Below, one piece after another: positions 25,265 through 38,165 of a stretch of 64,000 nucleotides of DNA (positions within the stretch are counted from its first letter, which is position 1; each line of letters begins with the position of its first letter). Source of the stretch: the human T2T-CHM13v2.0 reference genome, Homo sapiens; assembly GCF_009914755.1 (NCBI RefSeq), contig NC_060931.1. The stretch is one strand, 5' to 3'. The notes under the pieces were generated by a model. It was given only the letters and a program-made list of their open reading frames with translations. It had not been told where the DNA came from and made no database searches. The position numbers and the translations under genes were made by a program.

Positions 25265-25700
25265 TTAGGCTATATGTGTTTTATGCTGCAGCACTAGAAC
25301 ATAGGAGCAGCTTAAATAATCAGATTTATCATCTCACATAAAATGTCAGTCCCTAAGTAGGACAGCTCCAGGGGAGGGGTGGTTGGTTTAACTAAGATAT
25401 GTCCCCAGGTCAGAATCAGGCACCTTGGTTTTTTCCCTCTTTCTATGCTGCCATTCTCTCCCCATGACCACAAGTACCTTTCTTGGCTGCAAGATGATTG
25501 CCATAGCTCTAGGCATTGCATGCTCATACACCAATCGACAAAGGCAGGAGAAGCATAGTTTCTTGTTTTGTGCCTTTTTAAAAGTTTAAAAAGAAAAAAA
25601 TCCTTCCCCACAAGCATCTCAGCTGACTTCCTTTTACAACTGATTATCCAGATCTGGATGACACATCCACTCCTAAACCACTATGTGAAACCAGGAAAGG
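25265..25700. mobile_element. Degenerate MaLR LTR (MLT1J/K-like)
   Basis: cagcttaaataa...tttatcatctcacat...gacagctccaggg...caagatgattgcc motifs. Confidence 0.45.
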
Positions 25701-25775
25701 GAACTCTTTTCCTCCACCCCAATGATTGGCTGAGACTAGGGATTTGGAGGAGCCATGAATTTGGATACAGAAAAT

Positions 25776-26430
25776 TTTTCTCCCTGAAGCCAGGGTCTTG
25801 CTCTATCAAACAGGCTGAAGTGCAGTGGCACAATCATGGCTCACTGGAGCCTCAAACTCCTGAGCTAAAGCAATCCTCCCAACCTCAGCCTCCTGCCTAG
25901 CTGGGACTATAGATGGGTGCCACTATGCCAGGCTAATTGTTTTTATTTTTTGTAGAGATGGGATCCTGCTATGTTGCCCATGCTGGGTTTTTTGGGGTTT
26001 TTTGTTTTTTTGGTTTTTTTTTTTGGTTGTTGTTGTGTTTTTTTTTTTTTTTTTGAGACAGAGTCTCACTCCGTCACGCAGGCCAGAGTGCAGTGGCATG
26101 ATCTCACCTCACTGCAACCTCCACCTCGGGTTCAAGTGATTCTCCTCCCTCAGCCTCCTAAGTAGCTGGGATTACAGGCATACACCACCAAGCCCAGCTC
26201 ATTTTTATATTTTTAGTAGACATGGGGTGTCAGCATGTTGGCCAGGCTGGTCTCAAACTCCTAACCTCAAGTGATCTGCCCGCCTTGACCTCCCAAAGTG
26301 CTGGGATTACAGACGTGAGCCACTGTGCCCTGCCTCCCATGCTGGTTTAGAACTTCCATCCTCAAGCAGTCCTCCCACCTCAGCCTCCGTTAAGTGCTGG
26401 GATTATAGGCATGAGCCACAGCACCTAGCG
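25776..26430 (-). mobile_element. Old AluJ-like element split by a younger Alu insertion
   Basis: Diverged antisense Alu halves at ~25776-25986 and ~26336-26430. Confidence 0.85.
25988..26334 (-). mobile_element. AluS nested in the AluJ, with long G-interrupted T tail
   Basis: Full antisense Alu. TSD cccatgctgg at 25977-25986 and 26336-26345. Confidence 0.9.
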
Positions 26431-26449
26431 TGTGTCTTTATTTGTATTA

Positions 26450-26840
26450 ACTGCTAAGACTAACTGTTTCCTTTGAATATGAATTAAGCAGCAAATCAAA
26501 GTAAAACTAATTTATCTATTCATCACCAATAGAAATAAAGAATATATTCATATCATATTACAGTAATTGTAGGAATTTCAGAATATTGTTTACTCTTACC
26601 ACTTCTTTGAAAGTATAGTAGTTTTTAGAGCTGATGTTAGATCTCTTAGTGTGTTGATAAAGAAATACATGTACTTATATCCTGATTTTGATGGGTTTTT
26701 ATAAATATTTTCATAATTTTCACTATAATTGGTTTCCTTTGCAATCCTATATATTTCATGCATGTAAAAAGATTATTATTTAAAGGGGTCCATAGGCTAC
26801 CCTCAACTGCCAGAGGGGTCCATGGCACAAAAAATGACTT
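26450..26840. mobile_element. hAT-Charlie-type DNA transposon remnant
   Basis: aaaggggtccatagg...actgccagaggggtccatggcacaaaaaa end motif, AT-rich interior. Confidence 0.5.
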
Positions 26841-27488
26841 ATACCAGTCAGCATTTTCCTGAGTCACATACGAGAAAAAAGGATGGGCACCTGCCAGCAG
26901 GGAGAAGGTGGAAATGGCTGTTGATCAGGCAACCCGTGGACCTTTCCACAGTGAGTGCCTGTGGACTCAGGCAGCCTAAGTGCCACTCAGTGGTCCCTTC
27001 CCTGCTATTGCCCAGCTCCATTTACAGCAGGATCTTCCAAACTTCAGATATTTTTATACCATGCCTGTGCTTTAGCCAAATCCAGGTACCACTGATTATT
27101 TCACTAATATTTTTCTTCAAATCACTCTGTTCTTTCTGAAATCTCTTTTTTAAAGGAAGCTTTATTAAATGGAAAAATACCACTTACCATAAATGAAAGG
27201 AAATCTTAAAAATAAACACATAGAATACAGAACAGTGTTGGTGAATTCTGGCTAAATCCTATTTGCCTGTAAGGCTCTGCTCCTCTTTTGTGAAAGAGAT
27301 ACTAAAGACAGATTAGCGGCAAACTAAGACATAATCAGAGTTGAGAGATCTTTGAAAAGGGTATAACTTAGTTTGTGGTTTCCATTTTGTGCCCCGTCAT
27401 TGACCCAGCTAAAATAATTCAGTCCCTGGGCAGGTTTAAGATAGACTCCTTGTTTTACAGACTAGTGACCCACCTACAAAGGAAATGA

Positions 27489-27815
<327 letters not shown>

Positions 27816-29269
27816 TGTCTTCTTCCTTGTTCTTATCTGGACTTCAGAGAATGCAAGAGGCAGAAGCTCTGGGAGACCCTGAGACCACAGCCTCAATTTC
27901 CAGGCTCCGAATTGGAACTGGCAGTGATTTTTTTTCTTTTTTTTTTTTTTTTCCAATTCAGGAAAACTTGTTGAGAAAGACAGGCTGACATTTGCTGACT
28001 ACGCTTTGCAGACTTTCTCCTTAAGCTCTGTTAGTTGTGCATGTTTACACATTGAGTGTGCCTTGTGGGCATTTGTGGGCATGTTTGCATGTGAGTGTGC
28101 TGTGATGCCAGAGCAGGCCTCATGTATGACGCCTCAATTTAGTCACTTTTCTTAATGGTTTGAAACGACAAATGTTACTGTCTTTGAGTTAAGTGGTTCA
28201 ATTAGCACTGATTGGAAAGAGTGGGATGAACTGGGAAAAACACGCAGCCTGTTTGGTAACAGCCTTGGGACGGGAGAGAGGGAAGGTGTTACCCCTGAAA
28301 ACAGCTTCTCAGTGGTGGCCTGTCCAGCTGCAGTGGCTGTGGAGAGTGCTGCTGGGACCAGTTTTTGTTTTGGAGGGCGAGACGGCAGAAAGCTATTAGA
28401 AAAGGGGCCACAGGGAGCTCTCAAGTGATGCAGGGTATATGTGTATCATCCCTGCTGCTGTAAGAGATCCTCAGTTCTCCAAATAAAATATTCATCACTC
28501 CCCCATGTGTCTTCTCTACCCCACTGGCTCTTCTGCAGTGCACTTTCAGTGAGTAGAGAGAGAATGGTCCCTCTGGTTTACAGCTCCTTCTTCCAGCTGT
28601 TCACACGGGTGTTTGTCTGATCTGTCTTCCTGTCTCCAAAAGAGCAGGACTGTTAGCAGCATTACAGAGCCTTTTGGAGCTCCTTCTAAGCAGCCTTGGC
28701 TATTTTGGCCCCACAGTCATCTCAAGGTAGAAATGGGGCCAGAACCTTTCCCCTTCAAGGTCTGCTCCTTTTGCAGTGTTCCCTCTAACCCCTCATGCTA
28801 CCCTTACTGGAGCAAAACCAGCATGATTTCAACCTGCAGATTTTTTCACTCTTCTCTTCCCAACTCAGCCTGAATTTTATAACACCGTGGAAGGCTCCAC
28901 AATTGATGAAGTCAAGTCTGGGGGACTTGATCCACTCTGTCAAGTGCCCCAGAAGATTTTCTGTCTTCTGGTTAAAAGAAACAAGTCCCTGCTCCACCAT
29001 GTTGTTATCTCCCAGCCCCTCTCCTTCCTGTCCTCTCCTCTCTTAACTGCTCTTTCCCCGAAACTGCCCCCACTCCATCCCTCCAAGGCCTCCCGACAAG
29101 GACAGTTTCCTCTTCAGGTGCCATTCTGACATGAAGCCCACCAGTTCCCCCTCTTCCTTTCCTTTCCTCTCAAGTCCATCATAGTTCTAAGAGCACTCAC
29201 CTCCCCAAGCACCACCTGTCATTGATAAGACCAGAAGGCTTGAGGAGCTTCAAGTCTAGTGAAGTGTCA

Positions 29270-29440
29270 GTGCAGCAGGATGGCATTATGGTCAGCAGCG
29301 TGGACCTTGGAATCAGAGACCTGTGTTTGAATTCTGGCCCTGTCACTTACCAGCTGCATGGCCTTAGACCTAAACCACTTAATCCTTTAACCTTCAGGGT
29401 CCTCATCCATAAAATGGGGATGATAATATTATGAAGAATT
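29270..29440 (+). mobile_element. MIR
   Basis: ggaatcagagacctgtgtttgaattctggccctgtcacttaccagctg...aaaatggggatgataata. Confidence 0.75.
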
Positions 29441-31214
29441 ATGGGAAGAAATTGGCTAGAGTGTCCCAGCAACGTATGCAGGAGAGGATAGAATGATGAG
29501 GTCCAGGGTACAGTGGATCTCTGGGGCAGTGTGAAGGTAAAAGAGATTCTGAGCTAATGTCTTAGAATCATCAAGTGAAAGCTTGGCTGGAATTGGGGAG
29601 GCTGGGGTAAACGCCCACAAAGGAAAGGGTTCTCAGAGAGCACTGCATTCTGAATAAAAACAGAAGTGACCTCAGTGACATTCTCTGTCTAAGGCAGGTA
29701 GCCTCAGAGACTGCATGGTTGTTTCCACTGGGTTTTCGTAAGAAGACTGAACCAGACATGCAAGCACTCGCTTACATGTATGTGTGTGTAAAGGAGACGT
29801 TAACAGGACAAGATATGGAGCACTTAATTTACCCAGTTCTCCCTCTTCTTTCTCACCTCCCTCTTTTTAGCATGTGGATGGTTTTTCTGTTTGAACGCCT
29901 CTATGGAGGCATTTGCAAAAGTCACTGTTTTCTGGCCATCTTTAATGCATGTTTATGTCATTTGCAGACAAATTGAGGCAGAAGGATCCAGCAGGTCCTA
30001 CAGAAAAAAGTACAGTAGAAATCCCATACCTCATTGTTCTTCTCCTTACCTCTTTTCCCCAGATAACTTATCCTCACAGCATTGAGTCTGATACTGAGAA
30101 AAGAAAGCCTCTGCAAGTTTAGCTTCACTGACGTGAGCAGTTCAGTTACTGCACTGTAGCAAGGACTTCATTAGTTATCGACCTTATTGCTGGTATAAAA
30201 TCTGGGAGCTAGACCCCAAATGAGTTCCACATGTCCCTCAGATCCCCAGCAATTTTGCCATTGGAGCAATACTTGAGAAAAGCTCTCTTTAGCCTCAAGT
30301 TTCTGGCTGATTTTTTTGGTCTTCCATCTCTTCCCCCAGTCTTAGGGCCCAAATCTCTCTTCCATTTATCATGTCACCTGCAAATCAAATCTCTGTTCTC
30401 TGCATTCCCACAACCATCTACCTATGACCCAGCCAGCCTTTTCCAGAAACATTCCATACTTATTTGACAGAACCATTGTTAATCCAAGAAGATAGGCAGA
30501 GCTGCCGTGATGAAGGGCTCTGGGAGGCAGCAGGGCTAAGTCAGTCCTCCTGAGCTGAGAAAGAGCATCATTTCCTAGATGCCTCTGAGCTCTTTTCTGT
30601 GTCGTCTCCATTTTGACCGTAGACTCCACCAAATCCACCGCTGGGCCCATGCGAGTGGCAGTAGCTTCACTTGCTTGAGTGAAAGCCTCAGATCCAGTAA
30701 CTGGGAAGGAGGGGGCTCAGGCTTTCCAGAGGGTGGAGTGCTGACTGCTCCTTCTCTGGTTCTGCCCTGTGTGCTTGCTTCCAGAGCTTCCCACAGCTTC
30801 CCAGTGCAGGAGTTTTCCTCCTGGACAGTGTCACCAAATCCTTCCCATGGGGTATCTTGGAGCCACTGTGCAAGTTCATGTTTCTGCCCCTGAGTCCACC
30901 CTCCCGAAGACAAAGGCAGAGGCCCAGGAAAGACATTTGAGATGAACAAGACTTTTTACTGTTAGAACAGAAAAATCAAAGTTCAATATCTCCTGTAAGT
31001 ATGAGAGAGAGAGATGGGCTGCAGCTTCCAATGTGAGATGGCCACAAGTCCCATGTTTAAGTTCAAAAATCAGTTACACCATTACAAGATGAAGGTGACC
31101 TAGCTTGACAGCAATTTACATGAAAATTACCCCACAGGGTTTTATTTACCACCAACTGTAGCTAACAGTGTGAAGTGACTGATAAAAATTGCATTCATAG
31201 AGAAATCATATAGA

Positions 31215-31810
31215 TCAAAGGAGGTAATTATTCTGCACTGCCTAAACAGCATCTGAGATACTGTGTTCAGTTCTAAGCAGTGTGTTTTTAGAGGGATCCT
31301 GATAAATGGAGGGGCATTCCTAGGAAGGGACCTGGGTGGTGTAGAATATGGGATCCAGGTCCAGGTAATGGAATTCACTCGGGATGGAAAGAAAGGACAA
31401 ACACTGATAATACCAATGGTTGTCATGTGGAAGGAGGCAAGGAACGAACACTTGTGTACTTACTGTTGCTAAGTGCTGTGCCCATCCTTTGACGGAGCTT
31501 CTCTCGTTTAGTCCTCAAGGTAGCCAGTCCTCTGAGCTAAGTGATACTTGGGTTCAGAGAACTTTCTAAAAGTCATCCACTGGTAAATAAAAAAAATGGA
31601 TCAGATGTGTTTCCAATTGCTCCAGAGTACAAAACTAAGACCAGTAGGAAGAAGTTCAAGTTAGAGGGCATTCACTTGAAAGAGGACTTTTCTAACAGTG
31701 AAATGGGCTTCTTTGAAGGAGATCGAAGTTGATAGACACCGATATCAGAGGTGTAAGGATGACATTTGCTTTGGGGAGGAAGCATTGGGACAGATGACCT
31801 TCAGTTCAGT
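31215..31810 (+). mobile_element. CR1/L3-like relic interrupted by a MIR (~31445-31625)
   Basis: catctgagatactgtgttcagttctaagca...gataaatggag resembles the CR1 motif catctggagtactgtgtccagttctggg...gacaaactggag. Confidence 0.5.
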
Positions 31811-34800
31811 TGGAGTGCTCTGGAACTCACTAGGGCTTTCTGAGGGCAACATCAGGCCCAGAGGAGCTGCCAGGCAGGACGGAAGGCTGGGGCTGCCAGT
31901 GGTCCATTTCTTCTGCCTGGACTTAGGGATTACAGGCCATTTATGTCCAGCTCTAGCTCAGTGCCCCAGCTTTAGCCTAATGCCCATCTCAGCTGTCTGG
32001 ACAAGCTCCCATTCTGGCAGCTTGTCCATCAAGGTTGGATCTGTCTCTCCTCCCGTTTGTGACTCCACTTCATTGCCACAGCTTGTCTTCCCGCCCAGGA
32101 AAGGGTATTTGGAAGAAGCTCCATCCTGTCTCCTTTTCCCCATTGGTGCAATCTCCTCCTAGCAGCATCTGCTGAAAGGGGTGTAGTCATCCTGGCCCCA
32201 GACAGAGCTGTCTTCCAAGTCACGGATGTTGACGAGGCCTGTGTGTGTATCTGCATGCTCACACCGCAGCCTGATCGATGCCTGTCAGAGCTCAGCATCA
32301 GAGTGACAGCTGCATACCAGGCTGTTTGCTGAACACAACTCGTCCGTCAAGGGAAATCAGATGAAATCCATCTCCTTGTCCAAAGCCTGGCCCGATGGGC
32401 TGTGTCTGGAATGCCAGTCTTGTGTCCCACCCTACTTTTGTGCCCTGAAAATCATTCCCTCGGATTTCAGTGTTACTTCGATGGGTCCCTTGGGGCAGAA
32501 AAATTATAGTTAAGAAAATTATGTGAAAAGACCAATAGTCAGCCCTACCCTTCAGGGACTTCTAGTTTAGAGCTGGTACCTACTGTATGGATAGTGCAAG
32601 TCTAGAACACACAAGAATTGGCATATGATTATCTTAAACTGGTTGGTATAAAAATAGAGCATAAATCAAATGCATTGAATAAAAAAATTTGCTTACATAT
32701 ATTGAATAGGCATTAGCCAGATTAAATAGTGTGTTGCAGACAATTGGTGGGGAAGGGTCTCTTTAGAGAGTCTCATTAGAGACACAGTTATGGGGTTTTA
32801 AGGCTTTCAGAATTGACAAGGACAAGTTTTGGCAGAGGTTCTATGTTTGTAAACCATTTAGGACTGCAGGAAGCTCTGTCACCCCATGTCTTGGCAGTAA
32901 GCCAAATAGCTGCTTCTGTTTCCTCTTCCTAAAGCCTCTTTTATCCCATACAAGCATGTACCTGAAACTTCAAGAAGCCCCTCTCTAGCCTCAGCCACTC
33001 CAGCACTTCCATTTCCCAAGGCTTTGGGCACTTAAGTGGAGAATTGCCCTGTTCCAGCTCTGTGAGATGCTGTGAGCTAATTCTCTCCCCTTAGCCTGCC
33101 CTGTCTTCAGGAGTCTGAGTGACTCTCAGGGTTCAAAAAAAATGGTGCAGGAGGCCAGAGATTTCGGAAGGTAAAATTTTCCCCCCACTACCTGGAAAAC
33201 TGTGGAACACAAAATTGTTCAAAAGACAGAAGTGAGATACCTGGGCAATGGGGGAAAGAAATCAGTCCAGGAGCAAGAGGATGGAACATAGCAGCTGAGA
33301 GAGAGTGTTTTCTGGGGTGGAAGGGGACTTACAAAACCCACAAGCAGAGGATGGGGATCCTGGATAAATGGGAGACCAGGGAAAAGCCCTAGTTTCAGAG
33401 CGGCACCTTTTTCCTGCTGGTCCTCAAAGGGCCTTTCAGACTAGGGAAGGATTCTCTGGTATTGCTTCCCTGGAGATACACTAGCCAGAATCAGCCTCCT
33501 GCTTGGGCCTCCACTCTCCACGCTGTCCTACTCCGGCAGGCTGAGCTTTTCCCCGACCCCAGGCCTGTGGAGTGCAGCAGTCAAAGCTTTATTGCCCACA
33601 CACTGGAGCCGCTCTGCAATAAAAGAAAATAAAACAAGGTAATGGGAATGGCCGGTACAGGGGGCAGGCCCCTGGAGAAATGGGCCTGCTGCTGCCCATC
33701 TTCCCAGCACCACTGATCGCCGCTAAGGCCACTGTCAGTAAGTCATCGGCAGTACCCTGGGTCTCCTTTCTGGGGCTGAGTGAATGACCTGCATGGTGGT
33801 CAGATGGAGTGGCGGTGGCATGTACACAGGCTTACTTATGCAGACCTCTGTAGACCACAGGCCTCAGTGCCTTCTCCAGGAGACAGCCCTCCAGTGGCAG
33901 GAAGGCAGAGAACAGAGATCGGCATCTCACCTCCTAAGGCAAACCAGAGTGGGGAGGAAAAGAGTCCCACCCAGTGGTGCCCCAGAGGTGGCCAGGAACA
34001 GAGGTTGGTGTTCTTAAAGACAGCCTTGGCTGTACCATATCTATGGTAAGTGCTGGTAACACAGAACTATCTGGCAGAAGGGGAATCTGGAAATGCCCAA
34101 AGGGAAGTGGAGGGAGGCACGAGCACCTAGCTGCCTATCCTACCAAGGTCCCCACCTCACACATAGATTGTTCTGCATAGCAGATATGAATGCCTTGCAC
34201 GGAGGTTGGCATTAGCAATGGTTCAAAGTCTCCAGTAATTTTCATTTTGTCATGTGGCATGTCTGGCCCTTTGACCAAAGAGCTTTTAAATTCCTCCTCC
34301 TCAGCCCCCTTTTTCTTCTTCCTCTCCCTGGCTCCTCTATCCCCAGGCTGGATCCAGACTTGTTAATGAGCCTCGGCTTTTCTCCCCACACATGAGGCAC
34401 TAAATCTTCCCTGCCTGCCTCGTGACCTACCATCATTTCCCAAGCTCACCTATGCCCATGAATACTTAATTTAAAACTTCTGCTGCCTCTCAGTAGTTTG
34501 TAATTCTGAGGCCGAAGTCAACAGAGGAAACAAAATGGGCTGATGAATGTATTGAGGAAGGTGAGCAGAAAGCCATACACAGCATCTCTGTGATGTGGGG
34601 AAAGCCTTTCTTAACGATTTAGTTTAATAAGATGGATGTCTGCAGTGTAGAGTTATTCTAATAGGATGGGTATCTGCCCGATCTATTGGCCTGCAGGATG
34701 GTTATGAGTTTTAAATTTCCACATCTCCAGGGCAATAAATTCTCTGGGCTTTTAAATTATAAACTTCGTGGTTTTGTTTTGTTTTGTTTCAGTTGGGAAA

Positions 34801-35604
34801 GCTGGAAGGATTTTGTTTTGGTCAGAGCATGAAAAAGGTAGATCCAGTCAGGGGGTTGGGAGGCAGGAAGGTGGGCCGGGTTCTGTTCTTTCAGCCTTAC
34901 CTTCTCCACAGCCTGTGCTCCTCCCCCTGGCAGCTCTGTAGGACCATGGGTTCCCATGTTCTTGTCATCTCAGTGTGGCTGATGTTCCCACCACAGGGAT
35001 CTAAAGGAGCCCCTGTAGCTTCAAAGTTAGAGCCCCTCTCTGGGTGTCTGCTGTAGCTTTCCTCTGCAGAGTAATGGCAGCAGGGGAGGAAGGAAATGGG
35101 AACCTATTGGCCTTACAGCAAGGGGATGCCCTAACCTGACCACCTCCCAGTGCAGGTCCAAGAAGAAGAGGTTGCAGCCAGTGGCTCCCAGGTAGTCAGA
35201 GAAGTAATGATGAGTTTTGGGGCTGGGCTCATGCTGAGCAACCAACAGAGAATAGATGCAACGAGCCCCAAAGGTAATGAGCCCAGAATGCTGCTAACTG
35301 GAGTGCTCCGCCTGGGATCACTGGAGAAAGGAGCTCCGGCAGTTCTGTGCTGAGGGAAACTGAAGCTTCCTTAATGACTTTTTTCCTTTATACTGACACA
35401 TCACTCCTCGGCCCAAGAGCAGAGCAACCAGGGCTAGCAGGAAGACAGATGCCTCTCCCTGGGTCTGCTTCCTGGCCTTTCTCAGCATGCCTTCATCCCC
35501 CACTCGCTGGGCCAGAGCCTCTACCTCGGCTGTCTCAAAAACTTAGACATCTGGGAGTGTGCTGCTCCCAGATGTCAGCAGAATCATGCTGCCTGCTGAC
35601 TAGT

Positions 35605-35835
35605 GACAAGAGCCAGGCTCTGGAATTAGGCAGGACTGAGTTCAAATTCTAGCCTCTCCATTGATCAAATGACCTTGGGCAAGTTCTTCTCTAAGCCTCC
35701 ATTTTTTTATTAGTAAAATGGGACTTAAAACAACCACTTCACAAAATGGTTATAAGGATTAAGTAAAACAACATGCATGTCTTTGTGAACTTAATTCAGT
35801 GTGTAGCACACAGCAGATACTCAATAAGTGTTAAT
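35605..35835 (+). mobile_element. MIR
   Basis: gagttcaaattctagc...tgaccttgggcaagtt...gtaaaatggg...ctcaataagtg. Confidence 0.8.
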
Positions 35836-36179
35836 TCTCTTCCTCTTCCCTGTAACAAGGAGCTATTGGTCTTTCCTTCAGATGTGGAATTGGACAACTG
35901 CAGAGCCTCTTGCCTCGAGCATTTATGATCTATCCCCTGCCAAGCCTGGCTTTTGGACAGAACCTGTGTTCAGGGGCAGTAGCTGGAAGGGCGCAGCCAT
36001 AATGAGCCAGCCTTTGCCCCAGATACTATATGCCATGGACTGCATTTGGATCAGTAACAAAAGAAAAAAGGGCCTTGTTTCTCTGAGATTATCCTCCCTT
36101 TATGTTCTTTGAATCAAACATTCTTAAAAGCAAAGACAAATCAATAGATAAGTACCAGTGATTGGCATCTGTATTTCCA

Positions 36180-37600
36180 TTTCATTCGATTCATTTAGCA
36201 AACATGCACTGACCTTCTACTGTGTGTCAGGCGCCATGCTAGGAGTTGGGACCACAAAGTCAAATAGTTTTCTGCCACAAAATCAAGCTCTGTTTTCTGC
36301 CATCAAGGAGTTGGCAGACTCATGAGCTCATCAACAATGAGAATACAGGGTGGTACAGTAGTCCCCCCTTATCCACAGGGAATACATTCCAGGACCCTCA
36401 GTGGATGCCTCAAACCACAGACGGTGCCAAACTAGACATATACAGTGTTTTTTTCCTACATATGCATGCATATAATTTATACATAAGGTATAAGATTAAT
36501 AACAATAATAATAAAACAGAACAATTATAACAATATGCCAGCATCACTACTCTTGTGCTTTGGGGTATTAAGTCAATAAGAGTTACTTGAACACAAGTAC
36601 TGTAATTCCATGACAGTCGATTTGGTTACAGAGAGGGAGAGGGTTACTAAGTGAGTTACAGGCGGGTAGCATCTACAGCCTGGATATGCTGGACTGAGGG
36701 ATGATTCATGTCCCAGGCAGGAGGGCAAGAGGTTTCATCACGCTACTCAGAACGGCACACAGTTTAAAACTTTGAATTATTTCTGGAATTTTCCATTTAA
36801 TATTTTCAGACAGCGGTTGACCACGGGTAAATGAGACTGTGGAAAGGAAAACCGCAGATAAGGGGGACTCCTTTATATACTCTGTGGTGCACAACTGGGG
36901 CTTCAGAAAAGATTTCCTGGAGGAAGGACTGCCGAGGCTGAATCTATAAGAATTAGACATCTGCCCAGCCAAGGGGAGAGGAAGGACATGAATTCCAGTG
37001 AGAGATTCAAATGCAGCAGTTAGGAATAGCATTTCGTCGCTGGTAATATAGACCAAAAACAGCATTCGTTTAACAAGATTAAAGTTTGCTTCTTTCTCAT
37101 AGGAAGCCCAGAGGTGGGCAGTTCAGAACCAATACAGTGGCACCTGGTATCAGCAGGGATCCAGGCCCCTTCATTCTCCTGCTCAGCATTTCTTAGCACA
37201 TGGCTTACATTCTCAGGGTCCAAGGTGTCTACAGATCTCTAGCCATTTACCTCATCCTTCCAGTCAGGAAGCCAAAACACAGGAAGAAAGCACAAAGATA
37301 GCAAATGCTTTCCTAGAAGTCCCACCAAGAAATTTCTGCCGAATCTCGCTAGTGTGGCCAGTGAGAAACAAGACTTGGGGATTGTAGTCTTTCAGCTGAC
37401 CATACTGATGCATGCAATAAAAGGAACAGAAAAAGGAGAGAATGGAGCCAGGGAGATAGATCTCTACCACACACAGTGTGTCCAAAGGCACAGAGATATG
37501 AAACTTCAGTGTGTGTTGAGGGAACACAGAGATCAGTCGACCCAGATCAAAGAGTCCCTGTAGTATAAGGCAAGTAGGAGGTGGTGGAAATGAGACTAGA
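36180..37600 (-). mobile_element. L2 fragmented by MER44 and an MLT1-like LTR (~37010-37420)
   Basis: ttcattcgattcatttagcaaaca...ctactgtgtgtcagg L2 tail; continues at gatttcctggaggaagg after the MITE. Confidence 0.55.
36356..36873 (-). mobile_element. MER44-family (Tigger7-derived) MITE
   Basis: TIRs cagtagtcccccttatcc / gataagggggactcctt, flanking TA dinucleotides, and the internal MER44 motif catcacgctactcagaacgg...ttctggaattttccatttaatattttc. Confidence 0.85.
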
Positions 37601-37949
37601 GACACAAATCCACATTTCCCTGCAGGTACTAAAAGTGACCAGTGCTCAGGCTGGGGCTGGGCAGGCAGCATCTACCAAAGGACTAGTCCCTTAGCCTGGC
37701 TATCAGGCCAGGATTCACAACCTCTAGTTCACCACACCCTGCCCTCTCTCAGAGGAAAGCTCCCATGTAGTTCTAGAAATCACAGAGACCTGACCCCTTG
37801 CCAGTGCTAGGCAAACAAGCTGGGCTATGCATCAGCCAAAGGCCTGCAGTGTTCTCTTAGAGAACAACAGAGCTCAGTCACTCTGTGACCTAGGTACACT
37901 CAACATACGTTTCTATTCTCACTACATGTGCTTAGCACAATGAGATGAG

Positions 37950-38165
37950 CCAACAGTTATTGAGTTCTTATTGTTCTAAGAGCTTGATATATATTAACTC
38001 ATTTAAACCTTGTGAGGGAAATGTTCAGCTTTATTACTCCCATGTTACAGCTTGAAGAAACTGAAGCACAAAGTCTTAAAATAACTCCCTCCAGGTCCCT
38101 GAATGGCAGAGGCTAAATTTGAACTCAGATAGTCTGGCTGCAGAGCTCTCACTGGGTACCTCTGT
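37950..38165 (-). mobile_element. MIR
   Basis: attaactcatttaaacct...gaagaaactgaagcaca...tttgaactcag. Confidence 0.7.
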
